From an uncultured Acidobacteriota bacterium (lineage in GTDB: Bacteria > Acidobacteriota > Thermoanaerobaculia > Gp7-AA8), in contig CAVUKB010000004.1 of NCBI GenBank assembly GCA_963741955.1, positions 352,001 to 416,000 on the forward strand: a stretch of 64,000 nt of DNA, given 5' to 3'. The notes below the pieces were generated by a model. That model saw only the letters and a list, made by a program, of their open reading frames with translations, did not search any database and was not told where the DNA came from. Both the position numbers and the translations under genes were made by a program. This document shows positions 9,363-19,424 of this stretch, piece by piece; position 1 is the stretch's first letter, and each line of letters starts with the position of its first letter.

Positions 9363-10331
9363 TCAGCGCGTGACCGGCTGCGCGCGCTGAATCTCGCCGA
9401 GGGAACGGGCGCTCGCGGAGACGCGACGGGCGATCTGGAGATCGAGGCGCTTTCCGACGATCGGGTTCGCCGACGCCGCAGTCAGCGTCTTCCCGGTGGG
9501 GTAGAGCGCATGCCCGGTCGCCAGCAACACCGGATTCTTGTAAATGGCATCCCCGGAGCGGTTGTCGACCACGGATGCGTATGGGAAGACCACTGCGTCG
9601 CCGAGCGGATCGTTGTCGATCCAGAACTCGAGGGAGCCGCCGTTGAGATCAGTGTCCGCGAGGGCCTGTGAGAGCGGAAACTGCTCCAGTCCCTGCGGCT
9701 CGACATTGAACGGTATCGACTCTCCCACCTGACTTCCGTCGGCATCGTAGACCGCAACCATCACCTCGATACTCGAACGGCTGAGGTTCAGAACACCGAC
9801 GTTCGTGCGGTAACCGATCCGATAGGCAGGGTAGTCGTCGTTCGTGACGCCGTTGGCGATCGCGGTGATGCCGTCGGCCTGAAGGCCCACCCATGTACCG
9901 GGGATGGACTGGCCATACGTCCCGGAAGAGGCGTTGTTGTACGTACGACTGGTGACGAGGAAAGCCCGAGCGACCACGGTGTCCGGCACGGTCGGGTTGT
10001 CCTCGGGAAACGTCGCGAGGAGGATCCCGCCGGCTCCCGTGACCTGGAACAGATCATTCAGCGCGTTCGGCACTGTGAACGTCTCGTTTGCGTACACCGG
10101 AAACGTGACCTCGATCCCCTGGCTGCCTCCTTTAGGGATGAAGTCGGCACGGACCTTCAGCGTGTAACCCTGGGGATTGAAGATGTTCAGCTCGGTGACC
10201 CATTTCGTTCCGTTCGCACCGAGCGTATAGCCGGCGACCGGGATGACGTAGGTGTCGTTGACCTGAGCGAGGAGGGGAAGCGAACAGACTGAGAGCGTGA
10301 GAACGAGGAGAAACAGCTTCGTTTGTCTCAT
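9363..10331 (-). CDS. Secreted hypothetical beta-rich protein
   Basis: Signal peptide ending LLAQ; YVIPVAG...GANGTKWVTELNIFNP...YRTNVGVLN...YASVVDNRSGD; genome-typical codon usage. Confidence 0.85.
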   Translation of the reverse strand: MRQTKLFLLVLTLSVCSLPLLAQVNDTYVIPVAGYTLGANGTKWVTELNIFNPQGYTLKVRADFIPKGGSQGIEVTFPVYANETFTVPNALNDLFQVTGAGGILLATFPEDNPTVPDTVVARAFLVTSRTYNNASSGTYGQSIPGTWVGLQADGITAIANGVTNDDYPAYRIGYRTNVGVLNLSRSSIEVMVAVYDADGSQVGESIPFNVEPQGLEQFPLSQALADTDLNGGSLEFWIDNDPLGDAVVFPYASVVDNRSGDAIYKNPVLLATGHALYPTGKTLTAASANPIVGKRLDLQIARRVSASARSLGEIQRAQPVTR

Positions 10332-10405
10332 TTTGTACCCTTTCGGGGTACCGGCATTCGGAACAACGACGGACCGTCGAATGACATTCCCGGAACCGGG
10401 GAGTA

Positions 10406-11737
10406 GTGGGTTGGGCGTCCTCGCCCGATGCGATGCGGCGTCCCGCGCCGCATTGCCTGGGGCAAGCTACGACGATCCTCCCGAGAAGGGAGACACGAAC
10501 CCACCGCGGCGCGAGAGGAACGACACGCGTGACGTTGACGGCATCGCTCCCCGGCACGACGCCGGGGAGCATGTGGGTTGGGCGTCCTCGCCCGATGCGA
10601 TGCGGCGTCCCGCGCCGCATTGCCCGGGGCAAGCTACGACGATCCTCCCGAGAAGGGAGACACGAACCCACCGCGGCGCGAGAGGAACGACCCGCGTGAC
10701 GTTGACGCCATCGCTCCCCGGCACGACGCCGGGGAGCATGTGGGTTGGGCGTCCTCGCCCGATGCGATGCGGCGTCCCGCGCCGCATTGCCTGGGGCAAG
10801 CTACGACGATCCTCCCGAGAAGGGAGACACGAACCCACCGCGGCGCGAGAGGAACGACCCGCGTGACGTTGACGCCATCGCTCCCCGGCACGATGCCGGG
10901 GAGCATGTGGGTTGGGCGTCCTCGCCCGATGCGATGCGGCGTCCCGCGCCGCATTGCCCGGGGCAAGCTACGACGATCCTCCCGAGAAGGGAGACACGAA
11001 CCCACCGCGGCGCGAGAGGAACGATCCGCGTGACGTTGACGCCATCGCTCCCCGGCACGATGCCGGGGAGCAGTGGGTTGGGCGTCCTCGCCCGATGCAA
11101 TGCGGCGTCCCGCGCCGCATTGCCCGGGGCAAGCTACGACGATCCTCCCGAGAAGGGAGACACGAACCCACCGCGGCGGGAGAGGAACGATCCGCGTGAC
11201 GTTGACGCCATCGCTCCCCGGCACGATGCCGGGGAGCATGCGATGCGGCGTCCCGCGCCCGATGCGATGCGGCGTCCCGCGCCGCATTGCCTGGGGCAAG
11301 CTACGACGATCCTCCCGAGAAGGGAGACACGAACCCACCGCGGCGGGAGAGGAACGATCCGCGTGACGTTGACGCCATCGCTCCCCGGCACGATGCCGGG
11401 GAGCATGTGGGTTGGGCGTCCTCGCCCGATGCGATGCGGCGTCCCGCGCCGCATTGCCTGGGGCAAGCTACGACGATCCTCCCGAGAAGGGAGACACGAA
11501 CCCACCGCGGCGCGAGAGGAACGACACGCGTGACGTTGACGCCATCGCTCCCCGGCACGATGCCGGGGAGCATGTGGGTTGGGCGTCCTCGCCCGATGCG
11601 ATGCGGCGCCCCGCGCCGCATCGCCCGGGGCAAGCTACGACGATCCTCCCGAGAAGGGAGACACGAACCCACCGCGGCGGGAGAGGAACGATCCGCGTGA
11701 CGTTGACGCCATCGCTCCCCGGCACCATGCCGGGGAG
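10406..11737. repeat. Tandem array of 8 x ~167-bp hairpin-rich units, each beginning with a GTGG-REP (REP head altered in unit 6)
   Basis: Units start at about 10406, 10573, 10740, 10907, 11073, 11240, 11407, 11574. Near-identical with mosaic SNPs. Unit length is not a multiple of 3. Confidence 0.95.
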
Positions 11738-11909
11738 CCTCGCGCAAGATGCGCGACCCACCGATGCCGGGGAGCCTCGCGCAAGATGCGCGACCCACCG
11801 ACGCCGGGGAGCCTCGCGCAAGATGCGCGACCCACCGATGCCGGGGAGCCTCGCGCAAGATGCGCGACCCACCGATGCCGGGGAGCCTCGCGCAAGATGC
11901 GCGACCCAC
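11727..11909. repeat. Tandem array of 5 x 37-bp units containing an inverted GTGG-REP
   Basis: Unit AYGCCGGGGAGCCTCGCGCAAGATGCGCGACCCACCG at 11727, 11764, 11801, 11838, 11875 (last one partial). No spacers. Confidence 0.95.
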
Positions 11910-11987
11910 TTCTCGCGACCCACCTTGACGCGGCACTCCCGCACCCCTGGAAAATCTCCGCTCCGTCGTGAGAAGATCTCCGCCGCC

Positions 11988-13202
11988 ATGACGATGAAAC
12001 TGAGTGATCGAGTGGAGGGCTTCGCGCAGTCGGACATCCGCCGGATGTCCCGCGAGTGTGAAGCGGCCGGGGGCATCAACCTCGGGCAGGGGATCTGCGA
12101 TCTTCCGACCGAGGATCTCGTGGTCGAAGGCGCGATCGAGGCGATCCGGGGAGGGAAGGCGACCTACTCGAGATTCGAGGGGATCGACCCGCTCCGCCGG
12201 AAGATTGCCGCCAAGACCGCCGCCTACAATCGGTTCGAAGTCGATCCCGACCGGGAGATCGTCGTTACGGTCGGATCTACCGGAGGCTTTGCCGCGGCGG
12301 CGATGGCGACGCTCGATCCGGGTGACGAGGTCATCCTGTTCGAGCCGTATTACGGCTACCACCTCAACACGCTGAAAGTCCTCGGGATGGAGACGAAGGT
12401 AGTTCCGCTCGAGCCTCCCGGCTGGTCGATCGACTTTGACCGCCTCCGGGCGGCGTTCGGTCCGCGGACGCGCGGAATCGTGATCTGCACTCCTTCGAAT
12501 CCTTGTGGAAAGGTCTTCACCCGCGAGGAACTGGAGCAGATCGGAGCGCTCTGCCGCGAGCACGACGCCTGGGCGTACACCGACGAGATCTACGAATACA
12601 TCGTGTATGACGGCCGGAAGCACGTCTCAATGGCCTCGCTCGACGGCTGCCGCGACGTGACCATCACCATCTCCGGATTTTCGAAGACGTTCTCCATCAC
12701 CGGATGGCGGCTCGGGTACGTCATCGCGCCGCCGGAAGTGACGAAGGCGATCGGGTTGATCAACGATCTCTTCTACGTCTGCGCGCCGACCCCGCTTCAG
12801 TGGGGCGTTGCGCGCGGGATGGACATCGATCCCTCGTACTATTCGAAGCTCGCGACGGATTACCAGAAGAAGCGGGACATGCTCGCCGCGGCGCTCCGGG
12901 ATGGAGGTCTGACCCCACACGTGCCCGAAGGCGCCTACTACATGCTGGCGGATTTCTCCTCTCTCGGATTCGAGAGCGACAAGGAAGCCGCGGATAGCCT
13001 GCTGCGCGAGGTGGGCGTGGCCGCCGTTCCCGGATCCGCCTTCTACCTCTCCGGAGGCGGGAGCCAGATGCTTCGATTCTGTTTCGCCAAGGATTTCGAA
13101 CCGCTGGAAGAGGCCTGCCGGCGGATTCGCGCGTTTCCCGAGGCCATTACGCGACGACAGGAGCAGAAGAATGCAGGACTACTACGAGCCGAAGGTCGGT
13201 GA
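11988..13202 (+). CDS. Class I/II PLP-dependent aminotransferase
   Basis: INLGQG, CTPSNPCGKV, DEIYE, SGFSKTFSITGWRLGY (PLP Lys), LRFCFAK. Start moved to the ATG downstream of the repeat array (11988 or 11994). Confidence 0.93.
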   Translation: MTMKLSDRVEGFAQSDIRRMSRECEAAGGINLGQGICDLPTEDLVVEGAIEAIRGGKATYSRFEGIDPLRRKIAAKTAAYNRFEVDPDREIVVTVGSTGGFAAAAMATLDPGDEVILFEPYYGYHLNTLKVLGMETKVVPLEPPGWSIDFDRLRAAFGPRTRGIVICTPSNPCGKVFTREELEQIGALCREHDAWAYTDEIYEYIVYDGRKHVSMASLDGCRDVTITISGFSKTFSITGWRLGYVIAPPEVTKAIGLINDLFYVCAPTPLQWGVARGMDIDPSYYSKLATDYQKKRDMLAAALRDGGLTPHVPEGAYYMLADFSSLGFESDKEAADSLLREVGVAAVPGSAFYLSGGGSQMLRFCFAKDFEPLEEACRRIRAFPEAITRRQEQKNAGLLRAEGR

Positions 13203-13653
13203 CCGCGCTCCCGATTTCAAACTTCCCTCCACCGAAGGAAAAGAGATCAGCCTTTCCGACTTCAAGGGGAAGGACGTGATCGTCTACTTCTATCCGAAGG
13301 ACGATACGCCGGGCTGCACCGCGGAGGCCTGCTCGTTCCGCGACAGTTCCTCGGATCTGCAGAAGGCGGGACTGATTGTGCTCGGCATCTCCGCAGACCC
13401 GATGGCGAGTCACGAGAAGTTCCGTTCCAAACACAGCCTGAATTTCCCGCTTCTCTCGGACGAAACGGCCGACGTAGCGAAGATGTACGGCGTCTGGAAG
13501 GAAAAGAACCTGTACGGACGCCGCTCCTGGGGCGTCGCGCGGACGACGTACTGGATCGGAACGGACGGGCGGGTGAAGAAGGTCTACAAGAAGGTGGATA
13601 CGGCGAACCACGCGAAGGATATTCTCGAGGACGTTCGCGCATCGAAGAAGTGA
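13171..13653 (+). CDS. bcp: Thioredoxin-dependent thiol peroxidase (BCP/PrxQ)
   Basis: YFYPKDDTPGCTAEACSFRD motif; GGAG RBS upstream. Confidence 0.95.
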   Translation: MQDYYEPKVGDRAPDFKLPSTEGKEISLSDFKGKDVIVYFYPKDDTPGCTAEACSFRDSSSDLQKAGLIVLGISADPMASHEKFRSKHSLNFPLLSDETADVAKMYGVWKEKNLYGRRSWGVARTTYWIGTDGRVKKVYKKVDTANHAKDILEDVRASKK

Positions 13654-13804
13654 CCGGAGACCACGCGCGGCACGGACGTCTGTCGCAGATTCCCTCGAGT
13701 CGGCGTCGCAACCGCAGCGGCGCGGCGTCCGCCGTGCCGGCCGCGGCTTGCCGTCGCCAGTAACGGGAGAGTCACCGGAAGGCAGATGCTTCGGTTTGCG
13801 CTCC

Positions 13805-14869
13805 TTACTCCTCCGCAGGCATTTCCACGTTGGAGACGAACAACGTACGGGTGGGGAACGCGAAGTCGAGCCCGTTCTCTTCGAAGTAGCGAACCAGCTC
13901 GAGGTTGATCCGCTGCTGGATGTCCATGAAGAGGTTGTAGTCGGGCGCGAGGACGTAGTAAACGACTTCGAAGTCGAGCGACGAATCGCCGAAGCCTTTG
14001 AAGTGTGCGCGATCGAAGCGGGTCTGCTCGACCGCTTCGATGATCTGCTTCACCGCGGGCGGAAGCTTTTCGAGCTGCTCCCGGGTGGTCTGGTAGATCA
14101 CCCCGAAGCCGAAGACCACGCGCCTCTCCGCCATCCGCTTGTAGTTCCGGATGCGGCTCTTGAGAAGATCTCCGTTGGAGCAGATGATCTGCTCGCCGCC
14201 GAGGCTTCGCACCCGCGTCGTTTTCAGTCCCACGTATTCGACGGTGCCGAGAGTGTCTCCGACGATGATGAAGTCGCCGATCACGAACGGCTTGTCGATC
14301 ACGATCGACAGCGAGGCGAAGATGTCGCCGAGGATGTTCTGAGTGGCGAGAGCGACGGCGACGCCGCCGATGCCCAGGCCCGCGATCAGGGTGGTGACGT
14401 CGAACCCGAGATTGTCGAGCGCCATCAGGACGACGATGGACCAGACCGCGATCTTGATCAGGACGGAGAATGCGGTGATGGTGGTGACGGCCCCGGCGTC
14501 ATGTTCGATCTTGGCCCTTTTGTAGCGGGTCAGCCAGTAGACGACCAGCCCGTTCGCCCAGATCCCCGCCTGGAGAAGAAATGCGACGATGGCGATGTCG
14601 CGCAGCACCGCGTCGGCTTTGTGGGGTAGCTCGAGTGCCCGCAGGGCGAAGAAGAGGACCGGAAAAAAGAGAAGGAAGATTCTCGTGCGCCGGGTCAGGT
14701 CGAGAACGAGATCGTCGATGTCGGTCGCGGTCTCCTTCGCGCGACTGAGCTTCCTCGCGAGAAAACTCCGGATCAGGCCGACCAACAGCAGCGAGACGAC
14801 GATCACGCCGGCCGCGATCAGCCACGCACGAATGGAGTTGCCGTAGAACGTGTACTCGAGCCAGTTCAT
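13805..14869 (-). CDS. Small-conductance mechanosensitive channel (MscS family)
   Basis: LIAGLGIGGVAVALATQ, DKPFVIGDFI, GLKTTRVRS, FAFPTRTL. Confidence 0.94.
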   Translation of the reverse strand: MNWLEYTFYGNSIRAWLIAAGVIVVSLLLVGLIRSFLARKLSRAKETATDIDDLVLDLTRRTRIFLLFFPVLFFALRALELPHKADAVLRDIAIVAFLLQAGIWANGLVVYWLTRYKRAKIEHDAGAVTTITAFSVLIKIAVWSIVVLMALDNLGFDVTTLIAGLGIGGVAVALATQNILGDIFASLSIVIDKPFVIGDFIIVGDTLGTVEYVGLKTTRVRSLGGEQIICSNGDLLKSRIRNYKRMAERRVVFGFGVIYQTTREQLEKLPPAVKQIIEAVEQTRFDRAHFKGFGDSSLDFEVVYYVLAPDYNLFMDIQQRINLELVRYFEENGLDFAFPTRTLFVSNVEMPAEE

Positions 14870-14903
14870 GGTTCTCCTTCTACAGATATCACAGGCATCC
14901 GCG

Positions 14904-15043
14904 TTTCGCCCAAATCGCGCGAATCGACCGCAGGCCGTCGCTCCGCGGCTCGCCCGAGTCGCGGAATGAGCTCACGCCGAGGATATTGCCGGGTGAACCT
15001 TCTGATTGGCGAATTCGCGCAATTCGCGCAATTCGCGCAATTC
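14904..15043. repeat. Nonamer ATTCGCGCA-type repeats
   Basis: (AATTCGCGC)3 at 15012-15043 and a degenerate TTCGCCCAAATCGCGCGAAT near 14905. Related motifs at 29380-29410 and 63456-63584. Confidence 0.65.
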
Positions 15044-15046
15044 TTT

Positions 15047-16423
15047 CTAATCCGCGACCGGTTCGAATCGCGCCGTGAAGTGTCGCAGCACGCGGGGCGA
15101 GTGCGTGATTCGCCAGCCGCGCAACGTCTCCCGCTTCCGGAACACCTCCAGGACCACTTCGGCCACGTAGTTGATGTGGGCCTCGGTGTAGACCCGCCGC
15201 GGGATCGCCAGCCGTACCAGATCCATCGGCCCCGCCGTCTCGCTCCCGTCCGGATGGAGTCCGAACATCACCGTTCCGATCTCCACCCCTCGCACGCCGC
15301 CTTCGAGATAGAGCGCGTTGGTGAGCGCGATCCCGGGATACTGCAGCGGCGGAATGTGGGGAAGCATGCCGCGTGCGTCGATGTAGACCGCATGTCCGCC
15401 GGTCGGACGGATGATCGGAACTCCCGCTGCCGTGAGCTTCTCGCCGAGGTACTCGACAGAACGGATGCGGTAACGGAGATACGACTCTTCGACCACTTCC
15501 CTAAGCCCCTGGGCGATCGCTTCGAGGTCGTACCCGGCCAGGCCTCCGTAAGTCGGGAAACCCTCCGTGAGGATCAGGAGGTTCCGCGCGTTCTCCGCCC
15601 ACTCGTCACTGTTCATCGCGAGGAACCCGCCGATGTTCGCCAGCCCGTCCTTCTTTGCCGACATGGTGCAGCCGTCGGCCAGAGAGAACATCTCCTGGGC
15701 GATCTCTTTCGGCGTCTTCTGCTCGTAGCCCGATTCGCGCTGCTTGATGAAGTACGCGTTCTCGGCGAAGCGGCAGGCGTCCAGGAAGAACGGCTTGCGG
15801 TACTTGTCGCAGATCTTCCGGACTCCGCGGAGGTTCTCCATCGAGACCGGCTGTCCGCCGCCGGAGTTGTTCGTCACCGTGACCATCACCACCGGGATAC
15901 GATCGCCGCGTTCGGCGAGGAGCCGGTCGAGCGCGTCCAGATCGATGTTCCCTTTGAACGGGTGAATCTTCTCCGGGATGCGTCCCTCCGCGATCACCAG
16001 GTCGATCGCTTCGGCCTTCTCGACTTCGATGTTCGCGCGGGTGGTGTCGAAGTGATTGTTGTTGGGGACGACACTACCCGGCTCGAGGATGGTGTGGAAG
16101 AGGATCCGTTCCGCGGCGCGTCCCTGATGGGTGGGGATGATGTGCTTGAATCCTGTGATCTCGCGGACCGAATCTTCGAAACGGTAGAACGAGCGGCTCC
16201 CGGCGTACGACTCGTCTCCCTGCATGATGGCGCCCCATTGCGCGGCGGACATCGCTCCGGTCCCGGAGTCGGTGAGGAGGTCGATCAGTACGTTTTCGGC
16301 GCGGAGGAGAAAGACGTTGTTCCCGGCTTCCCGGAGAGCGATCTCCCGATCTTCACGGTGGAGAAAATTGATCGCTTCAACGGACTTGATCCGGAAGGGC
16401 TCGATAATCGTCTGGTACGGCAT
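15047..16423 (-). CDS. tnaA: Tryptophanase (beta-eliminating lyase)
   Basis: EPFRIKSVE, IDLLTDSGTGAMS, PTHQGRAAE, MSAKKDG (PLP Lys). VEIG and LRHFTA match tryptophanase rather than tyrosine phenol-lyase (ERG, LRFFTA). Confidence 0.9.
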   Translation of the reverse strand: MPYQTIIEPFRIKSVEAINFLHREDREIALREAGNNVFLLRAENVLIDLLTDSGTGAMSAAQWGAIMQGDESYAGSRSFYRFEDSVREITGFKHIIPTHQGRAAERILFHTILEPGSVVPNNNHFDTTRANIEVEKAEAIDLVIAEGRIPEKIHPFKGNIDLDALDRLLAERGDRIPVVMVTVTNNSGGGQPVSMENLRGVRKICDKYRKPFFLDACRFAENAYFIKQRESGYEQKTPKEIAQEMFSLADGCTMSAKKDGLANIGGFLAMNSDEWAENARNLLILTEGFPTYGGLAGYDLEAIAQGLREVVEESYLRYRIRSVEYLGEKLTAAGVPIIRPTGGHAVYIDARGMLPHIPPLQYPGIALTNALYLEGGVRGVEIGTVMFGLHPDGSETAGPMDLVRLAIPRRVYTEAHINYVAEVVLEVFRKRETLRGWRITHSPRVLRHFTARFEPVAD

Positions 16424-16877
16424 TCACGCTCCTTTCGGCGAACAGAATCTGAGCGACCATGAGAAGCATCGCGACGTCTCGGATCACGACGAATCTCATT
16501 TCACCGATCAACTGCTGGTGGCTCTTCGTGGCGGAGCTCAGATCGAAGCAGCCGCAGTTCACGGCGTTGTCGCGGGCGAGGTTGATGGAGATTGCGATGA
16601 CGAAGGCGAGGAGGAAGGTTCCGATGATCGTGGCGGCGGCTCTGCGCCAGAACCCGAGGATCAGCGCGATTCCGCACATCAGTTCGATCCACGGCATGAC
16701 CAGGGCCATCAGGTTCAGTGCGGCGCCGGGGACCAGCCGGTAGTTGTACATCATGTGAGCGAACGAGGGGGGATCGACCAGCTTCGGCAGCGACGCCGCG
16801 ACGAAGATCGCTCCGAGCGCGATCTGCACCCTGACCGTGAGCCAGGGGCTGGTGAACCAGCGGCGGAGGGTGGTCAT
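16377..16877 (-). CDS. MauE/DoxX family membrane protein
   Basis: Start at MTTLRRW (ATGA overlap with the rhodanese stop); LGAIFVAASLPK, MPWIELMCG, NCGCF, IRDVAML. Confidence 0.88.
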   Translation of the reverse strand: MTTLRRWFTSPWLTVRVQIALGAIFVAASLPKLVDPPSFAHMMYNYRLVPGAALNLMALVMPWIELMCGIALILGFWRRAAATIIGTFLLAFVIAISINLARDNAVNCGCFDLSSATKSHQQLIGEMRFVVIRDVAMLLMVAQILFAERSVNAVPDDYRALPDQVR

Positions 16878-17665
16878 CGCGGGCCCTTTTCGACCGGCCG
16901 TCCCTTCTTCTGCCAGTCGGGAAAACCGTCCCGGTCGACCAGGACGTTGTCCAGCGCGAGTCCGTACAGACGCTCGGCCAGCATGTGTGAATCCTCGCAG
17001 TTCCCGCCGAGGCAGTAGACGACGATCGGCGCCTTCGGGTCGAGATTCATCTCGTAGACCTTCTGGAGCTTCTGTTCGAGATCGCCCTCCCACGGGCTGA
17101 TGTTGTGCGCTCCCGGCACGTGGCCTTCCGCGAATTCGCCCGACCGGCGTGCGTCGAAGAACGTTGCACCTCTGTTGAAAAGCGTCCAGGCGTCGTTCCC
17201 CGAGATCTCGACCCACGGCTGATTCGGATGCGGTGGGAATGTCTTCCCGGAATCTGCCGCCGCAGGTGCCGGCCCGGTCGTCGGAGCAGTAGAGGTAGAG
17301 GATGATGCGTTCGGAGATGACGGCCGTTTCGCGGGCTCGCCGCGGGTCGCGGTCGTCGCGGGGGCGGCTCCGTTCGGAGTGACCTCCGTGGCCGGAACCG
17401 CGGACGATGTCTCCACCGGTGTCACCGGAAGTGGATCCTCCATCGGAGTGGTGGTCGGGAGAAGCGTGGCAGACGTCGTCGCCGGCTCTGCGATCGGCGC
17501 CGGTTCGGCCACTTCGCTCTTCTGCGTCAGTTCGGTGGCTCGGGGATAGATCCCGATCCAGGCCAGTCTGCGGCTGGGAGATGCGAGCAGATTGGCGACG
17601 GTTGCACAGAGCACCGCTGCGGCGATCAGTGTCACTGTCTCGAGAAGAAAGCGGCGATTGAACAT
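16874..17665 (-). CDS. Membrane-anchored rhodanese-like protein with Pro/Thr/Ala-rich linker
   Basis: N-terminal hydrophobic anchor; FFDARRSGEFAEGHVPGAHNI, VVYCLGGNCEDS, DGFPDWQKKGRPVE. Confidence 0.88.
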   Translation of the reverse strand: MFNRRFLLETVTLIAAAVLCATVANLLASPSRRLAWIGIYPRATELTQKSEVAEPAPIAEPATTSATLLPTTTPMEDPLPVTPVETSSAVPATEVTPNGAAPATTATRGEPAKRPSSPNASSSTSTAPTTGPAPAAADSGKTFPPHPNQPWVEISGNDAWTLFNRGATFFDARRSGEFAEGHVPGAHNISPWEGDLEQKLQKVYEMNLDPKAPIVVYCLGGNCEDSHMLAERLYGLALDNVLVDRDGFPDWQKKGRPVEKGPR

Positions 17666-17838
17666 GATTTCAGACCTTCGAGGCGGTGGTAAGGATATCG
17701 GATCGAATGGCGCGAGCACAGGGGCTCCGCACGAGGACTTTCGTCACTGCCCCAAACTGAGACGGCGGCGGAACGATTCCGTTTCGTCGACCCGATCCGC
17801 GCGATTGCATCCGCTCGTCCGAGCCGATGTGGCGCGCC

Positions 17839-18801
17839 TCAGCCGCGGTAGAGACTCCGCACCCATTCGGCGTCACGTAGCGAGAGCGGCTCTCCTCCCT
17901 GCGCCGCGGCTTCCGCCTGCCGGCGGTTCCTCTGACCGAGGAGGACAGTGGCGGTCGGGTTGCCGGCCAGCAGCGCGCCGGTGAGCGCATGAAGCACCGG
18001 TTCCGGATGCGCAGCGAAGCGTTCGCGGATTTTTGCGCAGGCATGCTTCATCCGTCCGATCGCTTCGGGGTCGCGGAATTCATCGATCCGCCGGCGGAAG
18101 TCCCCCACGGGGAACTCGACCGGCTCATCGTATTTGCCGAGGAGGAGACCGTGCTTGAGAGGAGAGAAGAAGGCCACTCCGAGATCGCGCGCGTCGACGA
18201 CGGCTCGGAGCCCGCTGGATTCGTACGTGTCATCCAACACGTTCCGGTAGGGCTGTACGACGTCCGGATCGACGCGGTCCGCGAGCGTGGCGATTCTTTT
18301 CGAATCCCAGTCGGAAAGTCCGAGAAAGCGGAACTTCCCCTCCTTCCGGAGATCGCTCATGGTCGCGATTGCGTCGTCCAGATATCGGTCTTCGGGACCG
18401 AAGTTGCAGTGGTGGAAGTAGTAGAGGTCGACCGTTGCGCTGCGGAGATTCCGCAGAGAGCGGTCCAGCTGTCTCCGGATCTGAGCGGGGTGGTAAGGAT
18501 GATCGAACGGGCCGGCATCCCATCCGACCTTCGTGGCGAGGAAGATCTCGTCGCGCGCGACGGCACCCCACACCGATCCGATGAGCTCCTCGGCGTGACC
18601 GTTGCCGTAGACGTCTGCCGTATCCCAGTGGTTGATGCCGTTCCGGTGTGCGGCGACGATCGCTTCCCGCGCACGAGCATCATCGTGTCCCGACCAGCCG
18701 ACCGGTACATCTCCCGCGACATTCGGCCCACCGTGTCCCCACGTGCCGAGACTGACGGCGGAGATCATCGCGCCGGTTCTGCCGAATCGGATCCGTCTCA
18801 C
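17839..18801 (-). CDS. Aldo/keto reductase
   Basis: SLGTWG, WDTADVYGNGHAEELIG, FLATKVG, SLRNLRSATVDLYYFH. Confidence 0.93.
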   Translation of the reverse strand: MRRIRFGRTGAMISAVSLGTWGHGGPNVAGDVPVGWSGHDDARAREAIVAAHRNGINHWDTADVYGNGHAEELIGSVWGAVARDEIFLATKVGWDAGPFDHPYHPAQIRRQLDRSLRNLRSATVDLYYFHHCNFGPEDRYLDDAIATMSDLRKEGKFRFLGLSDWDSKRIATLADRVDPDVVQPYRNVLDDTYESSGLRAVVDARDLGVAFFSPLKHGLLLGKYDEPVEFPVGDFRRRIDEFRDPEAIGRMKHACAKIRERFAAHPEPVLHALTGALLAGNPTATVLLGQRNRRQAEAAAQGGEPLSLRDAEWVRSLYRG

Positions 18802-18873
18802 GGCTGCGGATTATAACCAGTGGAGTTGCGCCGATCGGCTCTATCCGGCGCGCACGCGCGCCGGACGGCTGGA

Positions 18874-19353
18874 TCAGAACCCGTTACGTCTGAACGGAGA
18901 GAGGTACTCCCCCTTCTTCGATTCGAAGCGGCCGCTCTTCGCGAGGAGGCGGATCCGGTAGACCGCGCCGCGAGTGGCGATCTCTTCGACCGAATGGGGA
19001 TATCCCTGGCGCCCCGACTCGAGATCGCGGATGAAGGGGACCACGCGGTCGAAGTAGGCGCGGAGCGTGCGGAGAGCCTCCTCACCGGAGAGCTCTTCGT
19101 AGCGCCCCCAGGCGATGACACTGCGCCAGTTCATCAGATCGTCGATCTGCTCGGTCTCGACACAGAGCTCGGCCGACTCGCGCATCATCTCGAGCTTGCG
19201 GCCGGGACTGCTCTGCCCGAAGAGCGATTGACCGTCGTATGCGAGCGAGACGGGGACGCAGTACGGCTGACCGCGCGACGCACCGGCGATCCGGTAGACG
19301 AGTGAGGAGCGCAGGATAGTCTCGATCTCTGCGGCCGACAGAGGAGACGACAT
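18874..19353 (-). CDS. Pyridoxamine 5'-phosphate oxidase-like flavin-binding protein
   Basis: PYCVPVSLAYDG...GRKLEMMRE...CVE...WRSVIAWGRYEEL...SGRFE. Confidence 0.88.
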   Translation of the reverse strand: MSSPLSAAEIETILRSSLVYRIAGASRGQPYCVPVSLAYDGQSLFGQSSPGRKLEMMRESAELCVETEQIDDLMNWRSVIAWGRYEELSGEEALRTLRAYFDRVVPFIRDLESGRQGYPHSVEEIATRGAVYRIRLLAKSGRFESKKGEYLSPFRRNGF

Positions 19354-19424
19354 TCCATCATTGTAGCCGGAGTGGTACCTCTCCGTCTCTCCTTTCCGAC
19401 CTCGAGAGCGCGCTCTCTCTTTCG

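Noticed and set aside
11727-11909. 37-bp repeats as a CRISPR or other guide-RNA array
   Set aside because: Head-to-tail copies without variable segments.
10132-11987. Many ORFs over the 167-bp array, including a 192-aa N-terminal extension of the aminotransferase (from 11412)
   Set aside because: The unit length is not a multiple of 3, so the same peptides appear in all frames. Aminotransferase homology starts at MTMKLSDRV.
15047-16423. Tyrosine phenol-lyase assignment
   Set aside because: Has VEIG and LRHFTA rather than the TPL-type ERG and LRFFTA.
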